64,000 nucleotides of DNA from Mobula birostris (Eukaryota), in NCBI RefSeq assembly GCF_030028105.1, contig NC_092370.1:52853894-52917893 (forward strand). The letters are read 5' to 3'. The notes beneath the pieces were generated by a model that saw nothing but the letters and a program-made list of their open reading frames with translations, was not told the DNA's origin and made no database searches. Position numbers and translations under genes: made by a program. This document shows, piece by piece, positions 1 through 46,534 of this stretch (positions within the stretch are counted from its first letter, which is position 1; each line of letters opens with the position of its first letter).

Positions 1-1989
1 GCCTGTTCTTGTACTCTATTGTTTTATCAGATGATATTCTCTAGAATCCAGAAGAATGAGGAGTAATCTCATGGAAATACAGAACATTACAGGCACTCAC
101 TTGGGCAGCAGCGTCTCAAGAGACTGGGAAGTTACAAACAAAATACAGAAAATTACTTTCAAGTGATGGCTGAAGTTTTTGGAATGCTTACCCAGTTTAT
201 CTTCTAGATCTCTGGATGTTCCCTTACTGAATATATTCATGACATTGCTTTAACATGATCCATATCTCAAAGATTATCTACCATCTTAGTGAATAGCACA
301 ACAGGCCCAAGTGGCCATGAGATACATTTCTATTTAATTTTTCCATAGATAAGTTGAGATCAGTTTTGTGAAACTGAAATAATGGTGTGACAAGCGCTTT
401 GCACTGTTGTATTCCAGTTCAAATTTCAGAATCGGAACTGAATTCAGAACTGGAATCCTCCAGTTCATGGAGGACAAGGATACCCAATGGAAATAACCTG
501 TGTTTTTTAAAATTTCATGTCATGAACACAGAAAATCATCCAAGCATATACAGCTCATATTTCTTTGGCATCCCAGTTTCTAGCTTTTCACCATTTGGAA
601 AGCACATTGAAGATTTTAGGTCTAAAGTTATTTATGATGTTACACTTCCACTCATTCTACTTCCCATGTCTCTTTCTTCATGTCATCAGCACATTTACCC
701 ATGTAATTCTTTATCCAATCATTAACAGTTAATAATTGAAGACCCAAATGCAGATCCCTCACAAGAAATTTGAAATACTTTGCAAGTTAATACCAGTTCT
801 AAGCCCAGTGGGTATTCAGGCAGTAAGTATTCAATTCTTAAGATACTTCAGATGATGTTGTACAATCATAGGTCATAGTTTCAATCCCTGCCAACTTCAC
901 TGGGATGATCTCGCCAGTGCAGCAAGGGAGTGAACAGTAGAAAAAGCATTTTCTTCCAGTTAAGTAAATTACCATTTAAAAAAAAAGAGTTACTAAGGAC
1001 TGTAAAGATGGTCAGCACACTTTTTTACTATTTATTAAATGAATAGCCACTTTAAGTTTTGTCATAAACTTCAATGGAACGCCTCACGAGAAAGTATACT
1101 TCAGACAATATTATCCAATTTTCTTTTGACAGGTTCATTAGCAGCTTTTAGTCCATAAAATGTATTACCTTTGCTACAGGATTCAAAGAGAACTCAGCCT
1201 AATATTTTAGTCATATAATTTGTCCCTTAGGGAACAATTTTTTTTTAAATGTTGATGAATCTTATTCTCTCCCACCCCCCAAAAATTACACCCATAAAAT
1301 GTTCTGAAACTAATGTTTGGTCAAACAATTACCCAGTTTACAGAAGAAAACAAAATCTCACTGCATCTTATTCACATCTTCAATACTAAATTTAATCTTA
1401 GCAAGTCCTAACTATACACTGATACTCTTCTTGCAAATGCATGTATTGGCAGAACCATACTGTAAACAAATGCAATATACTTAATACACTGAGCTGCTTA
1501 CAGAAAGTAATTTCCATAAATACAAATATTAAAACAATCCTCAACATCAACATTACAATTAAACAGCAGCAAAATAATGAGCAAAAACTTTCAACAATTC
1601 TTGAGCTTGTTTGCATTACATACACAACCTAAATTGTAATACAGCTCTCTTTCATCGAGATGTTCCAGACATGCTATTATATACACCAACTACTGCCTTT
1701 ATTAACCAATTATCTTGCATAACATCTATGATCAAGCAATAAATAACTTGGTTTCAATCATTTTTACCTCTGCCCCATCAAGTTGCTTTTGTTTCACCAG
1801 TATCATTGACTTGATTAGAGTAATAAAGCTACTCTGTCCACTTCTGAATTTATCCTTGCTTGAGAACATCATGGTGGGGGTATACATTAAAACTTACAGA
1901 TACCTAGGCCTATTTTTGTGAATGCTTATTATTGTGGAAAATTTATAGCAAGAAGTGAGGTTTAGAGAGTGATTTTGGATCAATTAAAG

Positions 1990-16437
<14,448 letters not shown>

Positions 16438-16999
16438 CTTTATCGCAGCCCGCGAAGAACCCGGCGCCACCGCCGCCCTCACGTGACCAGCGCGTACACT
16501 CCAGACAGTGCGCGTTACCAGAGGGACGCCCGCTTGCGCACTGGGCCGGGAGCCTGGACGCACGACGTTCGCCGCCCGGCTGCCGATTGTGCACATGCGC
16601 AGCCGGTTTCCCATTCTCCCCGCTCAGCACCTGCGCCGCTGCGGTTGTTGAAATCTCGCCAAGTTTCCATTCTGTACTCCGGTGTCAGTCATGATCTGCC
16701 CACTGAAATACACCAACTGCACGCACTTCCTTATCGAATTGGACCAGCAGCGGCTCACGCTGTCTTATAGCAACGGGGCACGAGCGATAAATAAAGGCCT
16801 GACCAGCCATTCACGCACCCAAGGAATGAATTAAAATAAAGGTGCTCTTGATATTGCGAAATTAGTAACAGAAAAGCTGCAGCACGAAGGACTCGACTCT
16901 GTTAAGTCCGTACTAGCTCTTTATAAAAGTAATACAATCCCTGCATCCCTCTCCCCGGAACACGACAAATCCCGTTATTCATCTAACTCCCCTGTGAAC

Positions 17000-18330
17000 G
17001 CGATGATTCAAGATGCTGTTGTTTAATGACATTTCTAGTACACAGGTGTAGAGGAAAACGAAATAATTGTAACCTCCGATCTGATGCAGCAAAAACAAAC
17101 GCAATAAGGTAAAGAACACAATAAATATAAATACATAAAATAGCTTATATAGATAGATTTATTGTATGTCCATAAAATGATGCTAAGCACAGGAGGGTCT
17201 TACATAAGGTGACTGACAGGAAATGAAAAAGTAAAGCTGATGTGGAGTGGGTTAGTGAGTGGAGGTGTTGATCAGCCTTACTGTTTGGGGAAAGTAACTT
17301 TTTTGAGTCTGATGATCCTGGTGTGAACGCTACGTAGCCTCTTCCCTGGTGAAATATGGGGCAGACAGACAATGAACAGGGTGGGTGGGACTGGTCCTTT
17401 TCCACTACCTTTCTGTATACATGTCCTTGATGGCAGGTAGGCTGATCCCAGTGATGCTTTGGCCAGTTTTGACTACCCATTGCAGAACCTTCCTGTCCAC
17501 TACAGTGCAGTTCCTGTACCAAGCAGTGATGCAGCATGTTACGATGCTCTCTAATGTGCATCTGAAGAAGGACGTGAGTATGGATGTGCAGAACCTTCGG
17601 TGAGCTCTCCTGATTGTGTAGGACATGTTCTGGGACCATGAGAAGTTGTGTGAGATGTACAATCCCAGAAGATTGAAACAGCTCGCGGTTTCCACTGCCG
17701 AGCCACTGGTGTAAAGAGGGGTGTGAGTGGTACAAGTTCTCCTGAAGTTGATAACCATCTCCTTGTCCTGTTAATATTGAGGAAGAGGTTACTTGCCTGG
17801 CAGCAGACCTTGAGCTCTCCAACTCATCTCTGCAGGCCACTTCATTGTTGTTGATGATGAGCCCCACCACTGTCATGTTATCATTGAACTTCACAATGTG
17901 ATTACTCAGGTATTTGGTTGTGCTGTCACGTATGAGTACAGTGTATAGCAAAAGGCTCAACACACAGCTCGGGGGGGGGGGCGGCAGGCATCCATATTGA
18001 GGATGATGGGGAGGGTCTGGTGGTTAGGAAGTCCAACACCCTTTTTACACAGTGGTGTACTTTAGACAGGAGTTTGTTCACCAAGGTCTGTGGAACAATA
18101 GTGTTGAGTGCCAAACTGAAATCCAGAAACAGCATTCTGACATAAATGTCCTTGTTTTCTAGGTGTGTCAGGGGCTAGCAGCATGACAAATGCTATGGCA
18201 TTTTTCTTAGAGCGGTTCTGTCGGTGAGCATATTGAAGAGTCCAGTGCGGCAGGAATGGAGTTTTTGATATGTGCCATTACCAGCCGTTCAAAGAACTTC
18301 ATGATGATTGGTGCCAGTGCCACCGAGTGG
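17000..18330 (-). mobile_element. Rex1/Babar-type LINE 3' part
   Basis: [46 protein letters not shown]. Confidence 0.8.
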
Positions 18331-19042
18331 GCAGAATCGGACCTGCTTCCATTACTTCTTTCAGTGATTTTCACTCCTGCCTCTCACTGTGCTAACTTTT
18401 GGTTCATTTCCCAATCACTTTTCCCCCCGTCTCCCCACTATTTATCCCTGTAATGGGGAAAAATCTACCTCCATTCATTCCGTTAATATTATTCTTGATT
18501 TTAGACAGCCTTCAGCATTTATTTGCAAAGAAAACCTCAACTTTTTAAAAAAATCAATCCACAATACCAAAGTTTCTCTTAGCCTTAAAATAATTGTAGT
18601 AAATCTCTTCTGCATTCTTTCTTTAATCTTCCCTAAACATGTAGCATCAAGAACAGGACACAATATCTCTGTTAGGTACCTGTGTTATGGAGTTTCTTTA
18701 TTGCTTCCTTGTTCTTGCATTCGGGTTCTTTCTTATAAAGCCCAGGTTCCCATATTCTATTTTAACCACTTTTACAACATGGTCCATTGCTTTCAACAAA
18801 ACATCTGTATCGCAAATTGCTCTTTTGGAATTGTGCCCTCCTTTGCATTCTTGCTATCACATTCCATTTTACTAGTTTCTAATTCACGAGTCTGTTAACT
18901 ATGTTCTTGAGGCCAATTACTGTCACATTCGAAGTTTATTAGGCCTCCAAATTTCAGGTTATCCACTCATTGCTACACATGCTGAAATACGAGAAGTTGA
19001 AAATGCTCAGCTGGTCAAACAATAATTGCAGAAATAAAAATA

Positions 19043-19260
19043 CAGTGGGTTCCAGTTAATTAGGACACATTGGGAGCAGTACATTTTGGCCTAATTAAGC
19101 AGCTGCCCCAATTAGCCAGTTTCATGGAAATAGTTAAATAGATATAAAAAAAGATAAACTACAATTTAACTAAGGAATTACGTATTTAAATGAAATACAC
19201 AACAAATTAGAACACTAGCAATACTACTAGTCCTGAAAATCTGTATCAGTTCCAAATCAT
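19043..19260. mobile_element. Possible Tc1/pogo (Tigger-like) terminal fragment
   Basis: TA|CAGTGGGTTCCAGTTAATTAGGACAC start with repeated CC(C/T)AATTA motifs; other end not found. Confidence 0.4.
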
Positions 19261-22130
19261 TATTCCGCTGTATGCTTTGCCAATTATGCTCTCCACTACA
19301 CAATCAATCTTCGGATCATCTGCAAATTTATTAACCACCCATGTAATTTTTCATCCAGGTTATTTATATACATCACAACCAGCAGAGGGCCCAGTACAGA
19401 TACTAATCACAGACTTCCAGCGATGACAATTCCCTCTGACCACTACTCTCTGGCTTCTATGGGCAAGGCAGTTCTCAATCTGAACACCCAATTCACCATG
19501 GATCCCATGCATCTTAATCTTCTGGATGAGGCCCCCATGAAAGACTTTGTCAAATGCCTTAGTAAAATCTATGTAGACAACATTGACAGCTCTACCATCA
19601 ATCACCCTCGTCATCTCATCAAAAACTAATTAAGTTAGTAAGACACGACTTGTCCTACACAAAGCTATGCTAACTTTCCCTAATTAGGCCACGGTTTGAC
19701 AAGTGCTTATAAACCCTATCACTAAGAATCCTCTCCAGTAACTTCCCTACCACTGATGTGAGTGTCACCAGTCCATAGTTTCTAGGATCATCCCTAATTC
19801 CTTTCATGAACAATGGAACATTAGCTTCTCGCCAGTCCTCTGGGTCCTTGCCTGTGACTACAGAGGACACAAAGATAATGGCCAACTCCCCAGTAATCTC
19901 TTCAGTTGCTCTCTCAATAACCTGGGAAACATCCTTTCAGGCCCTTGGGGATTTATCACTCTTAACGTTCTTTGACAGACCCAACACCATCCCTGCCTTA
20001 TAGCGGTTTAATACCCACAGAACTGATCTGTTTATCCTCCATGTCTTTCATCTTGGTAAGTACTGTTGTAAAGTACTCATTAAAGTCCTTGCCCACACCT
20101 TTCCTATCCAAGCAGATGATTCGCACCACCACCCCCCCCCCCCAGCTAGCCTCTCTAATTCCCTTCAAGTTCTTTTTTAGTTTGTTTATAATCCTCCAGG
20201 GCTCTGTTTGATTTTAACTTCCTAAATTTTACATACTTTTCCTTTTTCTTGCCTAAATTCATCACCTCCCTTGACATCCAAGGTCTCTTACCTCGCTGTC
20301 CTCTACTCTGTGCAGTTGATCCTTAAGTACATTCCATGTCAGATGTGAACTCTACCTAGTTCCTGCTTAATGCTGTTGTAACATTCTCTGTTCCAAGTTA
20401 ATACTCTCCTGTGAGGTTCATACTTACCCAGTATCTACATAGCTATCTTAAAACTGAAAGGTGAGATACCTGGCCAGGCTCATTACATAACACCAGATCC
20501 AGTACAGCCCCTCCTCTTGTTGAGCCATCAACACACTGAATATAGAAACTCTCCAGGATGCGTCCATCTAAACCTCTTGGAGTCAGAAGTCGCAGTTTAG
20601 ACTAGGGAAGTTAAAGCCCCCCATGGCCACAACCCTATAGTTTCTACACTTTTCCTTAATCTGCCGGAATGTCTGTGGCTATTGGGGGGGGGGGGGTTCT
20701 GTAGTACAGTCCCAGAGTGATTACACCCTCCCTATTTTTGAGTTCTATCCATATAGATTTAAGAGGACAAGCCCTCCAATACATCCCGAGTGCAGCTGTG
20801 ATATTGTCCCTGATCAGTAAGGCAACCTCCCCCTTATCTTTTCTAAATCGTGGAAATCCTGAGACATTAAACACCTATTCCTTTCCCTCTCTCAAGCAGG
20901 TATTTGTACTGGCCACATCATAATTCCACATACTGATTCATGCTCCAAGTTCATCACTTTTACCCATAATACTCCTAGGATTAAAATACACACACTTCAA
21001 ACTCTGTCCCATGTATCCATTACTTTGCTCCTACCTGTTCTTAACTGGCCCTGATATCTATGTTCCTCACTATCCCTCCACTTTCTAACCTGGTGGTCTG
21101 GAGATTCCCATTCCCCCTGCCAAACTAGTTTAAAACATAAGAAATAGGAGGAGTAGGCCATCTGGCCTGTCCAGCCTGCTCCACCATTCAATAAGATCAT
21201 GGCTGATCTGGCCATGGACTCATTTCCACCTACCTGACTTTTCCCAATAACCCTTAATTCCCCTACTGTGCAAAAATCTAACCAACCTTGCCTTAAATAT
21301 ATTTACCGAGGTAGCCTCCACTGCTTCATTGGGCAGAGAATTCCACAGATTTTCTGGGAAAAGCAGTTCCTCCTCATCTCCATCCTAAATCTACTCCCCT
21401 AAATCTTATGGCTATGTCCCCAAGTTCTAGTCTCACTTATGATTGAAAATGCCATTCCTGCCTCTATTTCATCTATCCCTTTCATAATGTTATATTTTTC
21501 TATAAGATCTCCTTTCATTCTTCTGAATTCCAGTGAGTACAGTCCCAGGCAACTCAATCTCTCCTCAGTTCTAACCCCTTCCGCTCTGGGGGTTACCCTC
21601 CCAAGTAACACTCACAAACTTCCCGGTCAGGATATTGGTTCCCCTCCAGTTCAGGTGCAACCCATCCTTCTTGTACAGGTCATCTCTGCCCCAGAAAAGG
21701 TTCCAATTATCCAGAAACGTGAAACCCTGCCCCTACACCATTCATTCATCTGTACTATCATCCTATTCCTGCCCTGAATAGCATATGGCACCAGGAGTAA
21801 TCCAAAGAACTCCTGGTCTTCAGCCTTTTTCCCAACCCTCTATACTCTCTGTGCAGGACCTTTCTACCTATGTCATTAGTGCGAATGTGCACCATGACTT
21901 TTGGTTGCTCTGAGGCTTTCAGCCTCCCAAGTGGGTCTGAGTAATCATCAGGGAGACTGTCACTGTCAGGTACCTTGAATTCTCTCATCTCACAGGAGGA
22001 GCATTCCACTGTCTGAACTACCATCCTGCCCACACTGAACTAAGGACCAAGAATTTACAGACAATACATTAAAGAAAAGCTTACCCGTGCCTTCTCGCTG
22101 AAGCCTTTGAGTTTTGTATTCACCTTGCCT
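19260..22130 (-). mobile_element. Deleted CR1 LINE with ORF1 and ORF2 remnants; nested CR1 3' end at ~21134-21580
   Basis: ORF1 VECSSCEM and esterase-like VMVHIRTNDIGRK; endonuclease LGLYYRTP; RT YIDFTKAFDKV. Confidence 0.8.
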
Positions 22131-22541
22131 GTTCTTGCAGAAACCCGACTATTCTAACACTGGGTGCCCCCTTTTCACTAGCTCAAATAAAACTCACTCC
22201 AGTGAGACCTGTTCTGTTCAAATGGCTTCTGCCCCTGCAATGCCACTTTTTCATTCACTAATTCAAATAATACTTCATTGTGGCCAGGATTTCAAATTTT
22301 TGACCCCAATTTGACCTGTCAGTGGACGAACTGTTAGGGAATAGTGACAAGTTTTAAGATAGCTATAGGGAAGGATAAATTGAACTCAATTGACTGTTTT
22401 TAAGATTACAAAGGAGACTAAAAGGTTTTAAGTTTTTTCCTTTATAATCTTAAAAACAGCAGCTCAAAAGGTTAGCACTGCATTGTTTTGCAAAGGACAG
22501 GTCTATATTAATGTCAAACAACCTTCAGAGAAAAGCACATT

Positions 22542-22547
22542 TTTATT
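22542..22547 (-). terminator. Candidate MCM4 polyadenylation signal AATAAA
   Basis: About 300 nt after the stop, followed by a GU-rich tract on the minus strand; a second AATAAA at 22577-22582. Confidence 0.4.
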
Positions 22548-22839
22548 ACTGAGAACACAAAATACATTTCTCACATTTTATTCCATTGCCAAATTAATCC
22601 AATTCCTTCTTTCTAATAATGCTTCATATAAAAGATGGAAAACAAAACCACTTATTTACAGATCTGGCAATGGAGTTTGAATGTGTTATCAAGAAACATT
22701 AATTTCACCTCAGCATAACTAGATCATGAATTTACCAGAAATGGCTGCAGAAACAAAGCAAAATAATGTAAAATATCAAAGTTTCAGTAACAAAGATCAA
22801 TAGGAAAATATTAATTTTAAACTCTTAGTACATGTGTTC

Positions 22840-41136
<18,297 letters not shown>

Positions 41137-41909
41137 CTTTAGCACTAGGATGAGAGAAAGGGCATTCAGCTATGCATTCAAACACATCTTTCAAATTTTA
41201 ACGTGGAACAAGGTCAAAATACCCGTATTGCTTCAGTGACAATCGCAATAATTTTTCTGCTTTTAAGTCCATCCATTCCTCTTGCTAATATGGAAAGCAA
41301 GTAAAACTGTACCTACTAGAATCTGAAATAAAAACAGAAATGTTGAAAGAACTCAGCCGGTCTGTGGAAGGAGAAACCTGTCACCGTTTCACGTTGAATA
41401 CGCTTTATTATCTGTTCCGGTGGCCGAGACAGACAGAATAGGGGGAAAACACTTATTTGAAGGAAAAAGTTGATTTGATAGGGGCTTTCTAAATTGCTAA
41501 ACTACGATGAACAAAATATTAATGGGTTAAACATAAGCTTCGCTATTCACTTGAGGGCATAAAATGAGTAAATCGTACAGTATCCGCAATGTTCAACATG
41601 AGGAATTGCAACACTTCAAAATGTTTAAAGCCAACATTATTAAACCAAAATTTCTTCGATACATACGTAACTTTCACTTTTTCTTTTATAAAGTGTGTTG
41701 GAAACTATTTTAGAGTCCAAGAAATAAAACTGAAGATTTATCAATCTATTGCTCTGAAAAAAACAATAAATGTACCAACCTTCTATTTAAATAGAATAAT
41801 CAATGCTTTCAACTTCAACTTAATTACTCTCATCAATACAAACATGACATAACGACAAATAGCGCAATAGAATACTATTCACTTAGTTTTATAGTTCAGA
41901 ATCTTTTAC

Positions 41910-41990
41910 CTTGTAAGTTTCTTCCACTGTCTAGTTTTCGCGCGGAATCGATCAGCTGACCTCGAGTTCGCGCGCTTTTCTACCCAATCA
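41910..41990 (-). other. MCM4: Probable non-coding first exon of MCM4 (5' boundary approximate)
   Basis: Donor ACAAG|gtaaaa at 41910/41909 next to E2F motifs; an acceptor lies 8 nt before the ATG. Confidence 0.55.
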
Positions 41991-42280
41991 GCACCCCAGC
42001 TCTTAGATATCGGAATAAACTATTTTAAGCGGAAGAGAAATCTCATCGTGAATTGCATTTGTCGTATTAGTCACATTCTCAAAAGTTGATTTAATCGGAA
42101 TTGTAATCCTGGTAGAATATTAAAAAAGACTGCGTGTCTTCATGAGAAACTGGGGGTAGAAACAATACTGTTCAGCATTGAGTGTGATGTTCCCAGCTCC
42201 CCCTCTCTAGCGGCGTGAAACTGGTAGAACTGGAAGGCGGACGGTGAAAGTTGCAGCGCGGTGTCTTACTGGGAGGGAGA
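41930..42280. promoter_or_regulatory. MCM4/PRKDC bidirectional promoter
   Basis: E2F site TTTCGCGC at 41936-41943 with overlapping GCGCGGAA on the other strand; second GTTCGCGCGC at 41966-41975; CCAAT at 41984-41988; divergent genes. Confidence 0.7.
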
Positions 42281-42434
42281 ATGGCTGCGGCAGCGGACGG
42301 AGCCCAGCGGCAGCTGCTCAAGTTGTACAGTCTGCTGGCAGACAAGGACAGCAAAAACGCGTCTGTGGAATCCCACAATGTTATCACCAACCTCAGCCAC
42401 GACTTTCTGGATACCAGTAATGAAAGCAGGCTGG
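42281..42434 (+). CDS. PRKDC: DNA-PKcs coding exon 1
   Basis: MAAAADGAQRQLLKLYSLLADKDSKNASVESHNVITNLSHDFLDTSNESRL+G|gtgcgt; 154 nt; head-to-head with MCM4 as in other vertebrates. Confidence 0.85.
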
Positions 42435-43289
42435 GTGCGTATATGCATTACATAGTCATACTTTATTGATCCCGGGGGAAATTGGTTAAATTAAGATCGC
42501 TTATTAGTGAAGCGACAGTTTCATTTGTGTGTTTCTTTCATCCCAGTTCCTGGGATTACTCATTGTAGAAAAACCAGTTCTCCGAGGAAGTCTCATTAAC
42601 GATAAACCAGAAAATTAAACGCGTCGTTCCCGATCTCCCAAGTTGTCATCCAAGTGAAATCTTTGGAAAGGCCGCAATATAATTGCACTTCCGGCAACAA
42701 GAGACGACACTAGGCACAAGTAATAGTTCTGTAGCCGTAGATTGCAGAACAATAATTAGACTCTAGGATTCTAAAGCTGCAGTCCAAAATCGGGGGAAAA
42801 ACTCCGAAAACGATAGACACGATTGAGTATAAGGACTATTAAAAACAGACGAAGCAAATCACCAATTTTGCAGACTGCTTTTAGTAGAATTCATAGATAC
42901 TGTGTCTGCAGAAGAAATATAAGCTTCATTCGCTTGAAGATTATTTTTCCCAAATTGGTCTGTTACAATAGTGACTGAGCGCTTAATTTTATAGTATGCA
43001 AAATAAGTTTAAACTTGCTGATCTCGGTATTTTTAAAATGTGGCCTAATTTTAAAAAATTACTAATATTTTGAATTTTACTTGAATGGGGTATGGATATA
43101 ACTGGCAATGTTCACATTTAATGACCATTGTTAACTGCCTGTGAAACAAAGAACGAGTTCACACGACTTATAAATCTGGTTAAGGATGACAGACATTAGT
43201 GAACCAAATGAGTGTTTTCTTTTATATAACAATTGTTTATCTTTATTGTTACTGTTGTGGAATCTAATTTTTGTCCTCGAATTGAATTG

Positions 43290-43740
43290 ACTTTATTATT
43301 GAATTGAATTTACTTACATCCTTTGTATACATGAGTAAAAATCTTTATGTTACATCTCCGTCTAAATGTGCAATTATAGTAATGTATAATAAATATTATT
43401 TACAACAGTTTAGTCAGTATAACATAGAAATGCAGCTGTGTCAGCATAAATTAAGCAATCTGATGGCCTGGTGGAAGAAGCTGTCCCGGAGCCTGTTGGT
43501 CCTGGCTTTTAGGCTACGGTACTGTTTCCCGGATGGTAGCAGCTGGAACAGTTTGTGGTTGGGGTGACTCAGGTCTCCAATGGTCCTTCGGACCCTTTTT
43601 ACACACCTGTCTTTGTAAATGACCTGAATAGTGGGAAGTTCACATCTACAGATGCGCTGGCTGTCCGCACCACTCTCTGCAGAGACCTGTGATTGAGGGA
43701 AGTACAGTTTCTGTACAAGGCGGTGATGCAGCAGTTAACT
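43290..43740 (-). mobile_element. Rex1-type LINE 3' end
   Basis: CITALYRNCT..LQRVVRTA; (TTCAA)n tail. Confidence 0.7.
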
Positions 43741-45033
43741 ATGGCCACCTCTCGCTTTGGCTTCTGCGTGTTCTTTGGCAGCAGCAAAATGGAGGAGTGA
43801 TGTGATTTTCCAAACGGAGGTTAAAGGAGCGCTTTGTAAACATTGCGGAAGGGAGAGTAGCAGTGGTCGAGTATGCTATCTCCCTGTGTGCTCACCTGCA
43901 CGTGTTGACAAAACTTCGAAGACACTTCAGTCAGTGACGCTCTATTGTTTAATACTTGGGTATTACAAAACGGGGACCACTTGTCCATTCGGCCCATGCT
44001 GGCTCCTATTCCCCATCACAGTAGGTAATTTACAGGAGACAATTAACCTCCAGACATATCTGGTTTGTGGGGAAGAAACAACAGCACCCAGTAGAAACCC
44101 ATATGGTGACAGGTGCGCTATCTACACAGATGGCACCGGAGAATTGAATTGCTTGACTTGTCAAGCAGCACCATTGACTACTATTCTGACCTGTTGCCCA
44201 ACCCTGTGGATTTAAGCTACTCAGCTGCAGCAGTCAAATTCAAACTTGGGTGTTTGGATCACTGTTTCAAAAATGACAACTAATCCAATAACAGAAACAA
44301 CCACTCTGCTACACACTTTTGTAAATAATTTGACCCAAAACAAGGACAAATCCATTCTATCTTTGGGGGACATTAAATGCAGGTTAAAAATTGAATCAAT
44401 TATCGAAGGTACATGTGGTAACTGTGGTAGAACTTTTTGTGATATTTTGTTAGTTATGTTGGGTGGAGGTTGATTTTAATCCCCTTCGAGTAGCTCCCAG
44501 TTTATTGACATCACATACAGATTTGTCAGTAGACATCTAAAATGGAAGTTAAAAGTTTCAAATACTGTGTTAGATTTAGGCATGAGAGCTGAGGAAGGAA
44601 GATTCCTGGGAACTAAAAGGCGAGTTGCATAATGATCTATAATAACTATTCTGCTATTTGACATGAGAGGACTTGTACATTTATACTGTCCATTTAGAAA
44701 AAATAGTACATAGCTTTTCTATATTTTTTGATTATATTGACCTACCAGGATAACATTGCTGTGTTTCAAAATTTGCACTGGATTTGTTCATTCTATATCT
44801 TCATATCCTATTGTTTCTGTTTTGGTTGAATCTACCACATCTAGTTTTATCTCCTTTTGCTCTTGCATGACATCTTTCCCTGTATCAAGGTTAACTAATT
44901 GAAGTTCTTTCAGTCTCTTTTGTTTTTTGATCCTCGCAGTTGGTCTCTCTATCGTTCTCCATCTCTGGTCAAATTGGAAGGTGAAAATGCCTCCCTCATG
45001 TATTGGTGCCCAGTCCTGGCACGTTACACAAGA

Positions 45034-45227
45034 CAAACAAGAAAAGATCTGCAGATGCTGGAAGTCTGAGCAACACACACAAAATGCTGGAGGAACTTAT
45101 CAGACCAGGCAGCATCTATGGAAAAAAGTACAGTAGACATTTCAGCTTGAAACATTGACTGTATTTTTTTCCATAGATGCTGCCTCTAATGCTGAGTTCC
45201 TCCAGCATTTTGTGTGTGTTGTTCATC
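45034..45227. mobile_element. Palindromic Penelope-derived insertion
   Basis: TSD TTACACAAGA at 45024-45033 and 45228-45237; arms inverted about TTCAGCTTGAA at ~45146. Confidence 0.8.
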
Positions 45228-46225
45228 TTACACAAGATGTTGCAAAGTACAAAGTAAAATTTATTAACAGAGTGCATACATGTCACTACATACAACCCTG
45301 ACATCCTTTTTCTGTGGGCATACTTAGCAAATCTATAGAACAGTAACTGTAAACAAACTGTGCAAATGTAGATATAAATAAATAGCAATAAATACAAGCA
45401 TGAAATAACAATATAACAGAGTCCTTAAATGAGTGTAGCTATCCCCTTTTGTTCAAGGGCCTGTTGGTTAAGGGGTAGTAACTGTTCTTGAACCTGTTCT
45501 TTAAATTCATGGGTATTACTATCTCAGGTCCTCTGAGATAGTGACAACCATGAATTTAAAGTTACTGACCCTCTCCCCCTCTGATCCTCCAGTGATTACT
45601 GGTTCATGGACCTCTGGTTTCCCTCTCTTGAAGTCTACAATCAGCTCTTTAGCCTTATTGACGTTGAGTGTGAGGTTGTTGTTATTATACCACTCAGCCA
45701 AGTTTTCAATCTCCCTCCTGTATGCTGATTCATCACCCCCTTTGATGCAGCCCACAACAGCGGTGTCATCATCAAACTTGTATATGGTATTGGAACTGTA
45801 CTTAGCCGTACAGTCATAGGTGTAAAGCGAGTAGAGTAGAGGGCTAAGTACACTTCCCTGTGGTATTCCTGTGCTGTTGGAGATTGTGGAGGAGATGTTT
45901 TCGCCAATTCATACCAACTGGGGTCTGCACTTGAGGAAATCCAGAATCCAATTGCACAAGGGGGTATTGAGGCCCAGGTCTTGGAGCTTATTGATTAGTT
46001 ATGAGGGGGTGATGGTGTTAAATGCCGAGCTGTAATCGATAAAGAGTATCTTGATGTATGCATCTTTGCTGTCCAGGTGTTACGGTGTTGTGTGAAGAGT
46101 TAACGAGATAGCATCTGCTGTAGACGTGTTGCTTTGGTAGGCGAATTAAAGCAGATCCAAGTTGCCATTCAGACAAGAGCTGGTATACTTCATCACCAGC
46201 CTCTCAAAACACTCATCACTGTGGA

Positions 46226-46280
46226 TGATAGTCATTTAGACAGGTTGCCACTGGGTGATAGTCATTTAGACAGGTTACCA
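46226..46280. repeat. 30-bp period tandem duplication
   Basis: TGATAGTCATTTAGACAGGTT(G/A)CCA occurs twice. Confidence 0.85.
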
Positions 46281-46290
46281 CACTCTTGTT

Positions 46291-46534
46291 GGGCACGTGG
46301 CCAAGTGGTTATGGTGTTCGGCTAGTGATCTGAAGGTCATTAGTTCGAGCCTCAGCTGTGGTAGCATGTTTGTGTCCTTGAGCAAAGCACTTAACCACAC
46401 ATTGCTCTAGTGTCTGTGCGAGGAGTGGTGCCCCACACAGACTTCCAAACTGCACCTTGTAAGGTGTGAAAATGCCTGATGCAGGCCTCTCATGGTCTGA
46501 GTCGACGTTCCCTCCCTACCCCACTACCCTCCCC
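46291..46534 (+). mobile_element. tRNA-derived SINE with CORE-like block
   Basis: A box TGGCCAAGTGG, B box AGTTCGAGCC, GTGTCCTTGAGCAAAGCACTTAACC, C-rich tail. Confidence 0.7.

Noticed and set aside
46291-46370. tRNA gene
   Set aside because: The A and B boxes continue into a SINE body with no convincing cloverleaf; the same applies at 5803 and 24700-24777.
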